Source: Bacteriovoracia bacterium
GTDB lineage: Bacteria; Bdellovibrionota; UBA1018; CAIPTA01
Length of the DNA stretch: 64,000 nt
Reading direction: 5' to 3'
NCBI GenBank assembly: GCA_050246755.1
Contig: JBFWVL010000002.1
Location: forward strand, 1-64,000
This document shows, piece by piece, positions 9,410 through 19,016 of this stretch (within the stretch, counting starts at the first letter, position 1; each line of letters opens with the position of its first letter). The notes beneath the pieces are model-generated. The model ran no database searches and had not been told where the DNA came from. It saw only the letters and a list, made by a program, of their open reading frames with translations. Position numbers and translations under genes: made by a program.

Positions 9410-10274
9410 CGTCCTACTTCCGGTAGCGGCGCAAGGTGCCGCTTGCTGCGGCGGAGGATTTGCTCTGCCTTCCTTGATAGCAGGTGACGACAAAGCTCAG
9501 CTTAGCTCGTCTTATTCGTTTTCCGAAGTGTCCGTGGACAACGTTGATGCAAGAGGGATCTGGAGAAAGTGGGGCGAGCACCAGCGCGTTCAGACTTTCC
9601 GGCTCGAAGGCGCGCATCTTCTTTCAGATCGTTGGCAGGCTGGCTTTTCAGCGCCCGTGGTCCGTCGCACCTTGTCTGGGCAAACCTATTCTGGTCTAGG
9701 CGATCTAGCAGGTTCGGTGGCCTACGAGATTCTTCCCGACTGGGACTACAATCCGTTTCGGCCTAAGGGAATTGCCTTTTTTCAGGTGACGGCCCCTACG
9801 GGAAAATCAAAGGCAGAGTCGGAGGTAGGCGGTCTGGATAGCCGTGGAAACGGATTCTGGGCCCTGGGAGCGGGCGCCCTACTGAGTAAGTCAATTCGCA
9901 GCGTAGATGGGTTCCTGTCGTTCGAAGCGCATCGCTCGCTTGGAAAAGAATACGCCACCTCTCAGCTTACGGGGCAATTGAAACCCGGCTGGGGCGGGAG
10001 TGCCGGTTTGGGCGGCGGCTACAATACCAAGCTCTGGCGTTTCGGCTCGTCGATCACGTGGTTCTACGAAGATCCGGTCGAAATAAAAGGTGCGATCAAT
10101 TTTGCCGGCTCGTTGGAGCGCTACGCAACAGGGGTGCTGTCGGCGAGTTTTATGCCCAGTGATCTCTGGAGCGGAACATTAAGTTACGCGGATCAAACCC
10201 TTTTCGGCAGCCCGGCGAATACAAGCCTAGCGCGAACGGTGGCGCTTTTGGTGCAGCGACGTTGGGGGCGATGA
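9372..10274 (+). CDS. putative outer-membrane beta-barrel/transporter with N-terminal CCGGG
   Basis: Signal peptide, then AACCGGG, GLGD, APTGK and alternating beta strands. Confidence 0.6.
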   Translation: MTAPKSVWFALLSVLLPVAAQGAACCGGGFALPSLIAGDDKAQLSSSYSFSEVSVDNVDARGIWRKWGEHQRVQTFRLEGAHLLSDRWQAGFSAPVVRRTLSGQTYSGLGDLAGSVAYEILPDWDYNPFRPKGIAFFQVTAPTGKSKAESEVGGLDSRGNGFWALGAGALLSKSIRSVDGFLSFEAHRSLGKEYATSQLTGQLKPGWGGSAGLGGGYNTKLWRFGSSITWFYEDPVEIKGAINFAGSLERYATGVLSASFMPSDLWSGTLSYADQTLFGSPANTSLARTVALLVQRRWGR

Positions 10275-10414
10275 GGTAGCGTAGGGAAAGTAACCCTCGC
10301 AAGGCGGGTGCCTTCAGTTTAATGCATAAATTCTATTTATATATACTTTTTTCCGGGGCTTTATTTTTGGTGGACCCGAAAAATGTGTGATTTATGTATG
10401 GCCGGAGGCAAAGC

Positions 10415-11791
10415 TCACACCTTGTTTTCGCGCCACTTTCCCTGCCGGAATACATACCAAGATAGCGCCGTGAGCAACGCATGGGAGATTGGGATCACCA
10501 GCATCGCCCCCGTTTCTCGCAGGGACGTGTGCTTTACCAAGTAGTAGGCGAGGGGCAGCTGAAATACCCAGAAGCAGAGAAAATTTAGCCGAGTGGGCAT
10601 CTTCGTGTCGCCCGCGCCGTTAAGGGCCTGCTCAAAAACCATCGCTATGCCGTAAAACACGAATCCCGAAGCGAGAATCCTTAAGGCCGATACGCCGAAA
10701 TCGTATACCGCCTGTTCTCTGGTAAAAATTCCCACCAGCGGCCCGGCACAAGTTACGAGGAAAATAGTTACCAGCAGCATCATCACCGCGCTGTATTTCG
10801 CCGCTACCCGCGCGCTCTCCGTAGCGCGTTGCGGTTGTTTGGCGCCCAGGTTTTGGCCCACGAGGGTGGCCACGGCATTGCTGAGCCCCCAGGCCGGCAA
10901 GATAAAGAATACGAAATTGCGGAAGGCGATTTGGGAACCAGCCGAAGCGGCGGTGCCGCCCGTTTCCGCGATTAATTTGTTCAGGATGATCCAGCTGCCG
11001 CTGCCGATTAAGAACTGAATGGAAGCCGGCCAGGCGATTTGAATGATTGATTTGAATACCGGGAGATCGAGCGAGAAGTGGCGCCGCAAAAAGCGCAGCT
11101 CACCGCTTCCCTTTTGCAAATGGTAAAGCTGGTAGGCCACGCCCGAGCTGCGGCCGATCACGGTGGCCCAGGCGGCGCCGGTGAGCCCGAAGAAGTGGAT
11201 GAGGATCGGGCAAAGAAGGATGTTTACGCCGCTGGCGATCCAAAGGCTTTTCATGGCCATGGCGGCGTCGCCGGCGCCGCGGAAGATTCCGTTGATGAGG
11301 AAGAGCAGCACGATGGGAGCGCAGGCACCGAGCATCAGGCGCGCGAAGGGCGTGCCTTCGAGAATAACTTCCGGCTGCGCGCCCATCAGGCGCAGAATAT
11401 CCGAAGCAAACACGAAGCCGCACGCGCCAACCACTAAGGAAATGAGCAGCGCCATCACGATCGCTTGCGCGCCGGCATGGGCGGCAGCTTCGGGATTCTT
11501 CTCGCCGATCCGGCGCGCTACCACGGCGGTGGCGGCGATGCTGATGCCCATAGCGAGGGAGTAGACGAGGGTGATCACGGATTCGGTGAGGCCCACGGTG
11601 GCGATGGCGTTGCGGCCTAGGCCGCTCACGAAGAACATGTCCACCACGGCGAACACGCTTTCGAGCCCGATTTCGAGGATCATCGGAACGGCGAGCAGGA
11701 TCACGGCATCGGAGATGCTGCCGGAGGTATAGTCGTGGTGCTCGCCTTTAAGACCGCGGCGAATGAGAGAGAGCTTGGATCGAAGGGACAT
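10415..11791 (-). CDS. MATE family efflux transporter
   Basis: About 12 TM segments, RGAGDA, LVGQNLGAK and NGAGDTK motifs. Confidence 0.92.
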   Translation of the reverse strand: MSLRSKLSLIRRGLKGEHHDYTSGSISDAVILLAVPMILEIGLESVFAVVDMFFVSGLGRNAIATVGLTESVITLVYSLAMGISIAATAVVARRIGEKNPEAAAHAGAQAIVMALLISLVVGACGFVFASDILRLMGAQPEVILEGTPFARLMLGACAPIVLLFLINGIFRGAGDAAMAMKSLWIASGVNILLCPILIHFFGLTGAAWATVIGRSSGVAYQLYHLQKGSGELRFLRRHFSLDLPVFKSIIQIAWPASIQFLIGSGSWIILNKLIAETGGTAASAGSQIAFRNFVFFILPAWGLSNAVATLVGQNLGAKQPQRATESARVAAKYSAVMMLLVTIFLVTCAGPLVGIFTREQAVYDFGVSALRILASGFVFYGIAMVFEQALNGAGDTKMPTRLNFLCFWVFQLPLAYYLVKHTSLRETGAMLVIPISHALLTALSWYVFRQGKWRENKV

Positions 11792-11910
11792 CGAAAAATA
11801 GTAGCATGGAGCTTTAGGGGCAGCCTTGGCCAAAACTTAAGTTTCCCAAAAACGCAATTTATGATACATAGCGTCATTGCTCTCGGCAAACGATCTATTT
11901 GGAGAACAAA

Positions 11911-12450
11911 ATGAACACGCTTTACTCTGTATCCCTCCTCGCGCTCCTACTCCTTTCGCAGTCTGATTTTGCCCATGCCGGACCGGTAAAAAACCAGCAA
12001 AGCGTCCTCGGTGGAGTGCTGGTGCGTGCGGGAGTTAGCGGCCAGGCTCAGCTGTCCAATGAGCAGCTAAGCGATCTTTGCGAGAAAGGTTTTTCCCAGG
12101 CTTTCTTTCTCTATTCCGGGGCCACTCCTCGCAGCGTTTCCTGCTCTAGGGGAAAGATTGTTTACCGCAGCGTCAGCTGGCTGAATCCAGCTCCCGTGCT
12201 TCAGGCAATCAATGCCGGCCTCCAGGGCGGCGGCAGGGTTTTCGTTCACTGCAATAACGGCGCGCACGCTTCTGGTTTCATCGCTGCCATTGCACTACGG
12301 CAGTTCTGCCGTTATTCGGGCGACGAAGCGATGGCGTATTGGTCCCGCACCAATGCTTATGGAAATCCTCCCGGAATCGGACGGATTCGCAGGGAGCTTA
12401 ACTCTTTTTCACCGCTCGCAGGCATGACCGCGAGTTCTTCCTGCCGCTAA
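11911..12450 (+). CDS. secreted protein-tyrosine-phosphatase-fold protein (atypical P-loop)
   Basis: Signal peptide and VFVHCNNGAHASG (the CX5R Arg is replaced). Confidence 0.6.
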   Translation: MNTLYSVSLLALLLLSQSDFAHAGPVKNQQSVLGGVLVRAGVSGQAQLSNEQLSDLCEKGFSQAFFLYSGATPRSVSCSRGKIVYRSVSWLNPAPVLQAINAGLQGGGRVFVHCNNGAHASGFIAAIALRQFCRYSGDEAMAYWSRTNAYGNPPGIGRIRRELNSFSPLAGMTASSSCR

Positions 12451-12451
12451 A

Positions 12452-12715
12452 CTAGCCATCGAGTATTTGCGAGGCTATCCTACGGTATGGGTGAATCGCT
12501 TTCACCTGCCGAAGGAAAAATTCGAAAAGGGTCCGGATATGGTGGTCGATAACTTTAATGGCGTGATGAAATTTTTGAGACTCTAGCTGGTCTACTTGAT
12601 TGTTGTTTTTACAGCGATTCGCATATGAGTTTCCAACAATAATTAAGTAGGCCAGGTGGCGTATCGTTTTACGCACGGCATGTAGATCAATCTCCGCTAC
12701 CGAGATAGAATTCAC
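12452..12715 (-). CDS. hypothetical protein
   Basis: 87-aa ORF filling the gap; no recognisable motif. Confidence 0.3.
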   Translation of the reverse strand: MNSISVAEIDLHAVRKTIRHLAYLIIVGNSYANRCKNNNQVDQLESQKFHHAIKVIDHHIRTLFEFFLRQVKAIHPYRRIASQILDG

Positions 12716-12731
12716 ATCAGGAGATTTAAAA

Positions 12732-13211
12732 ATGCAAAAAGCCTACGCCTGTATCTGGTCCAATAAAAGCGCCGCCGAGATGGTGAAGTTCTATAAGTCC
12801 GTCTTCAAGGGAACTAAAGTCGGTAAATTCGCTTACTGGGGCAAAAATCCCATGGGAGTGAAAGAGGGGTCGGTACTTACTGCGCACCTCACGATCCTCG
12901 GGCAGAAACTCATGCTCTTGAATGGGTTCGTGGATATGCCGTTCAATGAATCCGTCTCGTTCGTGGTTCCCTGCAAAACCCAGCGCGAGATCGACACCTA
13001 TTGGAAAAAGTTATCGAGTGGTGGCGGTAAGCCCGTGCAATGCGGCTGGGTGATCGACAAGTTCGGCGTTCGCTGGCAGATCACCCCTGCGCAATTCGAC
13101 CAATGGAATACCACCAAGAACAAAGCGAAGAAGGAAGCCATGATGGTGGAGATGTGGAAGATGACGAAGCTCGACATCAAGAAGCTGCAAGCGGCGTTCG
13201 ATAACGCTTAA
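12732..13211 (+). CDS. VOC family (PhnB / 3-demethylubiquinone-9 3-methyltransferase-like) protein
   Basis: FNESVSF, QREIDTYW and QCGWVIDKFGVRWQI. Confidence 0.9.
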   Translation: MQKAYACIWSNKSAAEMVKFYKSVFKGTKVGKFAYWGKNPMGVKEGSVLTAHLTILGQKLMLLNGFVDMPFNESVSFVVPCKTQREIDTYWKKLSSGGGKPVQCGWVIDKFGVRWQITPAQFDQWNTTKNKAKKEAMMVEMWKMTKLDIKKLQAAFDNA

Positions 13212-13311
13212 GGGCTGAGGAATCCGGCGTAAAGGGCGCTCATAAGGGAAAGCTGAGAGCAGGAAGCTAGCCGCTACCGCTTGTATCGTCGGGCTGCCTA
13301 GTTCTTAGTCA

Positions 13312-14151
13312 TCAATGGTCCCGGCTGCTATGGGAAAATATCATCATGCCTACCGGCGTAAGTTCATTTAGTCCGATCCTGCAATATACTCGCGCATCAA
13401 ACCAGTTGGTGTAAGTGGGATCCCGGACTCCTGAGACTAGGCTAATATGGAGGGCTAGGATCTCCTGGCAAGGCAAGCTTCTAAAAATTCCTTTCCAGAA
13501 ATCGTCGTAGGGAAAATGCAGGCCTCCAAAGTAGACCTCATTGTCAAAATAGGGAGATTGCCATTGAGAATAGGAGATATCTTTCCAGGCACCATTGTCT
13601 TGCGCTCGGATCGAGGCTACGTAAGGCGTGGTAGTTCCTCTAGCACTTAGCTTTTCGATATCAGCAAAGAAAAGCGTTCTATTTTTGGTTTCGCCCAGGC
13701 TGAAAACGGTTGCGTCGTACCAGCCTAGTTTTACGGGGCGAAAGGTGTCTTCTTGCCATGCATTTGCGCCGTTTCGATTTCTTTTATTATTTTTTAAAAA
13801 TTCCTCGTCGAAGCGCGGATCGCCGAAATTTTTAAGTGCTTCGGAATCGTCGCTCCAATCATAGGTTTTCAAATTCTTGATTTTTAGCTCGGAGGGAAAG
13901 TGAAACGTTTCTAGGTTTCGTGGTAATGGCATCGGCTTCCGTTCCCGATCTGGGGCGAAGGCGTTTGGTGGCGGTTGGGCTGGGGAGGGAGAGGAGGAGT
14001 TTTTTTCTATTCGGGGCGAATCGGGTACATTGCTCTTCGGTTTGTTCTGCAACGGCAAATCGCTTGGAATCTGAGCGGGAGGGCTTAAAAAGCTAAGTGT
14101 TAGCCACACCGATAAGATGCCCAGCAGGGCGAGCAGAACTTTCTTTCTCAT
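13312..14151 (-). CDS. hypothetical exported protein with Pro-rich linker
   Basis: N-terminal TM/signal, Pro/Ser linker, then a globular domain. AT-richer than its neighbours. Confidence 0.6.
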   Translation of the reverse strand: MRKKVLLALLGILSVWLTLSFLSPPAQIPSDLPLQNKPKSNVPDSPRIEKNSSSPSPAQPPPNAFAPDRERKPMPLPRNLETFHFPSELKIKNLKTYDWSDDSEALKNFGDPRFDEEFLKNNKRNRNGANAWQEDTFRPVKLGWYDATVFSLGETKNRTLFFADIEKLSARGTTTPYVASIRAQDNGAWKDISYSQWQSPYFDNEVYFGGLHFPYDDFWKGIFRSLPCQEILALHISLVSGVRDPTYTNWFDARVYCRIGLNELTPVGMMIFSHSSRDH

Positions 14152-14268
14152 ATTTTTCTATGTTAGCAGAGGAGTTGTTTTACGGCATTTAGGTAGGCTC
14201 GAGTTACCGCCACCAGGTAATGCCGGAAATTCTAAGACTCGACTTCTCCCGTACCGATAAGTCTACCT

Positions 14269-15402
14269 ATGCTAAAACCTAGTTTTTTGTCGGTAATCTT
14301 TGCCATTCTTCTGGTCTCTTCCTGCGCAAATTCGCAGAAATTTCGGGTAGTTGCCTCGGAGAATTCCGAAAATGATAATCCGGCAACTGTTAAAAAATTC
14401 ACCGCACCCGAAACGGATCCGGACTTCACCAAATTCCCGAACGGTAAAACCTTCGCGGATTTCAAGGCCGCTTTGGTCGGCGGCGAGGGCGAGCCTTGGA
14501 CCGAAGTGCAGCAGGCGCAGTATGAGGCCTTGAAGCAAATGCCCGTCGACAAAGTGCAGTGGGCCCTCATTGATCTCGACAATAATAAAATGCTGTCGCA
14601 GAGCAAGCCTTCTGCCACCAGAATTTTTGGTGCTTCTACCTCCAAGGTTTTCGTGGTGGCGGCCCTGCTGGATAAGCAGAGGGGCGAAGTGCTGCGCTAT
14701 CCGCCGATCCTAAAAGAGATCAAAGACAAAAAGGGCAATCTCTTGCGGACGGAAACCATTTCCGACGACGATATCAACCACATGGCCCGCATTTACATGC
14801 ACTCAGACAACGACTCTTGGGTTCTCCTTCAGTCGCGGCTTGGTAAAGATAAAAGCGGTGAGCTCAACGCCGACCGCGGCCGCGCGGCGGTGATCGAGTT
14901 CACGGAACGCATGGGCTACCACGATATCCGTGCCTGGCAGGGCGATTTGCTGGTGGAAAACGAAAAGAACGTTCTAGGCAGCCTGAGAAAAGAAGTGAAA
15001 TCCCGCACGCGCCTGGGGATTGACGAAAAATATATCCACGGCAACGAGCTCACCGCGGCCGATACGGCCAAGTACCTCTACGATACTTATACGGGCCGCT
15101 ACGCGGGCGCCGAATACGCATGGAAGATGCTCTATACCTGTCAGACGGGGGATAAGAAGGGCAATAAGTATATTCCGAAGAATATTTTCGTGGGCGGGAA
15201 AACCGGCACTTATCCCAATGGACGCGCGCAGATGTCTGAGGTAAACGGTGTGAAAAAGAAAGTGGCCGTTCGCAGCCACGCGCTGGTTTTTCACTACAAC
15301 GGCACCCAGTACGGCCTCGTGGTGCTGACGGATTTGGGAAAGAATGAACCCGCGGCCGTGCTCGCTGGCGGCCTGATCCGGGAGTTCGTGGGAGTAAGGT
15401 GA
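14269..15402 (+). CDS. lipoprotein serine hydrolase, class A beta-lactamase/PBP fold
   Basis: Lipobox VSSC, SxxK (STSK), SDN and KTG motifs. Confidence 0.8.
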   Translation: MLKPSFLSVIFAILLVSSCANSQKFRVVASENSENDNPATVKKFTAPETDPDFTKFPNGKTFADFKAALVGGEGEPWTEVQQAQYEALKQMPVDKVQWALIDLDNNKMLSQSKPSATRIFGASTSKVFVVAALLDKQRGEVLRYPPILKEIKDKKGNLLRTETISDDDINHMARIYMHSDNDSWVLLQSRLGKDKSGELNADRGRAAVIEFTERMGYHDIRAWQGDLLVENEKNVLGSLRKEVKSRTRLGIDEKYIHGNELTAADTAKYLYDTYTGRYAGAEYAWKMLYTCQTGDKKGNKYIPKNIFVGGKTGTYPNGRAQMSEVNGVKKKVAVRSHALVFHYNGTQYGLVVLTDLGKNEPAAVLAGGLIREFVGVR

Positions 15403-15432
15403 CCCGTTCTCGGTTTTGCGTTAAACTAAAGC

Positions 15433-16182
15433 ATGTCGATTGAATCCGAAAAAGACCTTCTTGCGCTGAGAAGAATTGGCCGAATCGTGGCTAACTGCCT
15501 GAAAGCCATGGGGCAGGCCCTGGAGCCGGGTATGACCACGCGCGAGCTCGACGAAATTGGCCGGAAATTTCTCGAATTTCACGGCGCGAGGTCGGCGCCG
15601 AAGCTTGCCTATAATTTTCCTGGAACGACTTGTATCAGCGTGAATGAAGAGGCGGCGCATGGGATTCCCGGGAATAGAATTTTGCGTGCCGCGGATCTAG
15701 TGAATATCGACGTGTCGGCCGAGCTGGATGGTTACTTCGCCGATACCGGTGGTTCCTTTATCCTTCCTCCGGAATCGAACCTCAAACGCAAACTTTGCCT
15801 CGCCACGAAACGGGCTTTGGAGCTTGCGATCAATGAAGCCAGCGCGGGAAGGCTTTTAAATGGGATCGGGCGGGCGATCGAGGGCCACGCCGTGCAGAAT
15901 CGCCTGACCGTGATCGAGAATATCGGCAGTCACGGAGTGGGCCGCGCCCTGCACGAGGAACCCGGCTTTATTCCGGGATACTATGATCCCCGAGACAAAC
16001 GAGTGCTGAAAGAGAATCAGGTTATCACCATCGAGCCTTTTCTTTCCACCGGAGCTCGCCAAGTTTTTGATACCGGAGACGGCTGGACGCTCGCAACCAG
16101 CAAAAAATACCTAACGGCCCAATATGAGCACACGATGGTGATCACGAAGGGGCGGCCATTATTGATGACGGTGCCGGATTAG
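15433..16182 (+). CDS. map: type I methionyl aminopeptidase
   Basis: CISVNEEAAHGIP, DVSAELDGYFADT, HGVGRALHEEP, TIEP and AQYEHT. Confidence 0.95.
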   Translation: MSIESEKDLLALRRIGRIVANCLKAMGQALEPGMTTRELDEIGRKFLEFHGARSAPKLAYNFPGTTCISVNEEAAHGIPGNRILRAADLVNIDVSAELDGYFADTGGSFILPPESNLKRKLCLATKRALELAINEASAGRLLNGIGRAIEGHAVQNRLTVIENIGSHGVGRALHEEPGFIPGYYDPRDKRVLKENQVITIEPFLSTGARQVFDTGDGWTLATSKKYLTAQYEHTMVITKGRPLLMTVPD

Positions 16183-16215
16183 GCTTGCATGCTTTGCGTA
16201 GTTTCGCTCATTTGC

Positions 16216-17091
16216 TTAGTTCAGCGAAAAAGAGTTCATTAGTTTTGCTGCGATTGGATTTTCCAGTTTCCGCTGCGCGGAAATGAGCCATACCTCCTCG
16301 TATACGCCTGCGAGGCGACCAACCCGGATCAAGTTCTCTTCGCGAAATTTAGCGCCTTCGGAGAAGGGCGCTAAGCCAATCCCATGTTCGGCGAGCAGCT
16401 TTTGCAGGCTGGTATCCTGGGTTTCGGCTACGGGTGAGGTTTGAATTTCGTGCAGCTTAAAGAAATGGTTGAGATCGTGGCGTAGTTTGCTGTGGATCGT
16501 GGGAAGCACGAAGGGTTTGCCGTTCAGTGATTGCGGGAAAGATTTTTTCAGGCCTTTGAATTTCGCCGCACCGTAAACGGAGACGGGCAATTTTGCTACG
16601 GATCTGGAGTATATTTTTTCCTCTTCCATCATCTGAGCCGGATAGTTCGACACGATGAGATCGATGCGGTGGGCGCGGAGCTCGCGGTAGAGTTCATCGC
16701 CCTTTCCCTCTAGGATAGAAATGGTGCAAGGAGCGATTTTGTACGCTTCCATCGTAAGGGAAAGCAGCACGCGCTTGGGCACGCTGTCGAGGGCGCCGAT
16801 CTGGAGGTGCGTGTAATTTTCCGGCGTACGATCTTTGAGCACTTCGAGCATCTCGTCGCCGAGGCGAAAGATTTCGTTGGCGTAGTCGAGCGCGGCCTTG
16901 CCGGCTTCGGTTAAAAGGAGCTTGCGGTTGCGCCGCTCGAAGAGGGGTTTGCCGACCATTTCTTCGAGCTGCTTGAGCTGAGTGCTCAGGGTGGATTGGC
17001 CGATGCGCAGTTTTTCCGCCGCACGGGCGATGCCGCCTTCGGCCGCGATCACGCGAAAATAAAATAAGTGATGGTAGTTAAGCCACTGCAT
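16216..17091 (-). CDS. LysR family regulator, NhaR-like
   Basis: WLNYHHLFYF N-terminus and LysR HTH; divergent from htpX. Confidence 0.9.
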   Translation of the reverse strand: MQWLNYHHLFYFRVIAAEGGIARAAEKLRIGQSTLSTQLKQLEEMVGKPLFERRNRKLLLTEAGKAALDYANEIFRLGDEMLEVLKDRTPENYTHLQIGALDSVPKRVLLSLTMEAYKIAPCTISILEGKGDELYRELRAHRIDLIVSNYPAQMMEEEKIYSRSVAKLPVSVYGAAKFKGLKKSFPQSLNGKPFVLPTIHSKLRHDLNHFFKLHEIQTSPVAETQDTSLQKLLAEHGIGLAPFSEGAKFREENLIRVGRLAGVYEEVWLISAQRKLENPIAAKLMNSFSLN

Positions 17092-17194
17092 TTGGGTCTC
17101 CTTTGTGATTCTGTTAAAACGAATATTACGTTCTAATTTATCGATTTTTAAGAAGTATTGATTCTAGCTATAGTATGGAATCTCGGAGGTTTCT

Positions 17195-18103
17195 ATGGCT
17201 TGGGTAAAAAGAATCGGACTTTTTCTCGCGGTGAACGCCCTGGTGGTGGTCACCATCTCGGTTATACTGAATGTGCTGGGCGTAAAGCCCTATATCACCG
17301 CCTACGGGCTGGATTACCAGTCTCTAATGATCTTCTGTTTACTATGGGGGATGGGAGGGGCGTTTATCTCGCTCGGGCTTTCCCGCATCATGGCTAAATG
17401 GATGATGGGCGTGCAAATTATTTCCACGGATACCAGAAATCCTGAGCAGCTGGCTATATTGCAAATGGTGCATGAGCTGGCCCGCGCGGCGCGCCTGCCC
17501 GCGATGCCCGAAGTAGGGATTTATGACTCGCCGGAAGTGAATGCGTTCGCCACTGGCCCCACGAAGTCGCGCTCCTTGGTGGCCGTATCCAGCGGGCTTC
17601 TCCATCGTATGCGGCCCGAAGAAATTCGCGGCGTGCTCGGGCACGAAGTGGCCCACATCGCGAATGGCGACATGGTGACGATGACCTTGATCCAAGGGGT
17701 GGTGAACGCCTTCGTGATGTTTCTGGCCCGCGCGATTGCGTACGGCCTAACGATGACCCGCGGAAACGATAGCGAGGAACGGAGCGGTACACCGATGTCG
17801 TTCTACGCCGTGCAGTTCGTGCTCGAGATGGTGTTCATGATCTTGGGCTCGATGGTGGTGGCTTGGTTCTCGCGCTACCGGGAATACCGTGCGGATGCGG
17901 GCGGCGCGAAGCTGGCCGGGCGCGGGAGCATGATCCAGGCCCTTGAAGGTTTGCAGCGTACTTTTCAAGGAGTGGATACCGAGGCCCAGCCCGCGGTCCA
18001 GGCCCTGAAAATTTCCAGCCGCCCGAGCGGATTGTTACGCCTCTTTTCCACGCATCCCCCGTTGGAAGAGCGAATCGAGCGCTTGAAGCAGTCGGTGGCG
18101 TAA
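17195..18103 (+). CDS. htpX: zinc metalloprotease HtpX
   Basis: NAFATG, HEVAH, GDMVTMTL, SRYREYRAD and STHPPLEERI. Confidence 0.95.
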   Translation: MAWVKRIGLFLAVNALVVVTISVILNVLGVKPYITAYGLDYQSLMIFCLLWGMGGAFISLGLSRIMAKWMMGVQIISTDTRNPEQLAILQMVHELARAARLPAMPEVGIYDSPEVNAFATGPTKSRSLVAVSSGLLHRMRPEEIRGVLGHEVAHIANGDMVTMTLIQGVVNAFVMFLARAIAYGLTMTRGNDSEERSGTPMSFYAVQFVLEMVFMILGSMVVAWFSRYREYRADAGGAKLAGRGSMIQALEGLQRTFQGVDTEAQPAVQALKISSRPSGLLRLFSTHPPLEERIERLKQSVA

Positions 18104-18104
18104 G

Positions 18105-18476
18105 ATGATTTCTTACTCGGTTTATAAAATCATTCACTTGTCTGGCGTGTTGATGGTCTTTCTCTCGCTCGGGGGAGTAGCCACCAGCGCCATCAATGGA
18201 AATGGAAAAAATCACCCTTGGCGCAAACCCCTCGCGATCACCCACGGAATCGGGCTCCTGCTTTCCCTGGTGGGTGGTTTCGGGCTGCTCGCGCGGCTCG
18301 GGATCGTGCACCACGGCCTTCCCGGCTGGGTAATCGCTAAGCTCGGCATTTGGTTTTTCTTCGCCGCGATGGCGGGCGTGCTGGTGCGCAAGCCAAGTGC
18401 AGCCAAGCCCGTTTGGTTCCTTACGATTCTTTTGGGCGCGGCCGCCGCGTACCTCGCCGGCGCGAAACCTTTTTAA
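18105..18476 (+). CDS. small 4-TM membrane protein (SirB2-like)
   Basis: YKIIHL, HGIGL and W..AKL pattern; in the htpX operon. Confidence 0.65.
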   Translation: MISYSVYKIIHLSGVLMVFLSLGGVATSAINGNGKNHPWRKPLAITHGIGLLLSLVGGFGLLARLGIVHHGLPGWVIAKLGIWFFFAAMAGVLVRKPSAAKPVWFLTILLGAAAAYLAGAKPF

Positions 18477-18488
18477 GCAGGAAATGAA

Positions 18489-19004
18489 ATGAAAAAACTG
18501 GAACATTTATTTGAGGCAATCATTTTCTCGAGCCGCTGGGTGCAGGCGCCGATTTACGGTGGCTTGATCGTGGGCTCGGTTCTCTACGCCTACAAATTCC
18601 TCGTGGAGCTGATCCACCTCTGCGCCACCATAGGAACCATCAAGGAGGAAGTGCTGATGCTAGGCATTTTGACCCTCGTGGATATCTCGATGGTGCTCAA
18701 TCTCCTCGTGATGGTGATCATCGGGGGCTACGCCACTTTCGTGAGCAAGATGCACCTAGATAAGCACGAAGACCGTCCGGACTGGCTGGAGAAAATCGAC
18801 GCCGGCACTCTTAAGGTGAAACTAGCGGGAGCCCTGGTAGGGATCTCGGGGATTCATTTGCTGAAGTCCTTCATCAATATCAGCAATAAGGATCCCGCGT
18901 TGGTGAAATGGGAAATTATCATCCACGTGGTTTTTCTTTTCTCCACCCTCATGCTCGCCTTTACCGAAAAGGTTCTTTATTCCTCGCGTGCGAAGAAAGC
19001 CTGA
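18489..19004 (+). CDS. YqhA/UPF0114 (TIGR00645) membrane protein
   Basis: SRWVQAPIY, GGYATFVSK and LKVKL...IHLLKSF. Confidence 0.9.
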   Translation: MKKLEHLFEAIIFSSRWVQAPIYGGLIVGSVLYAYKFLVELIHLCATIGTIKEEVLMLGILTLVDISMVLNLLVMVIIGGYATFVSKMHLDKHEDRPDWLEKIDAGTLKVKLAGALVGISGIHLLKSFINISNKDPALVKWEIIIHVVFLFSTLMLAFTEKVLYSSRAKKA

Positions 19005-19016
19005 TAGGGGAGACGC

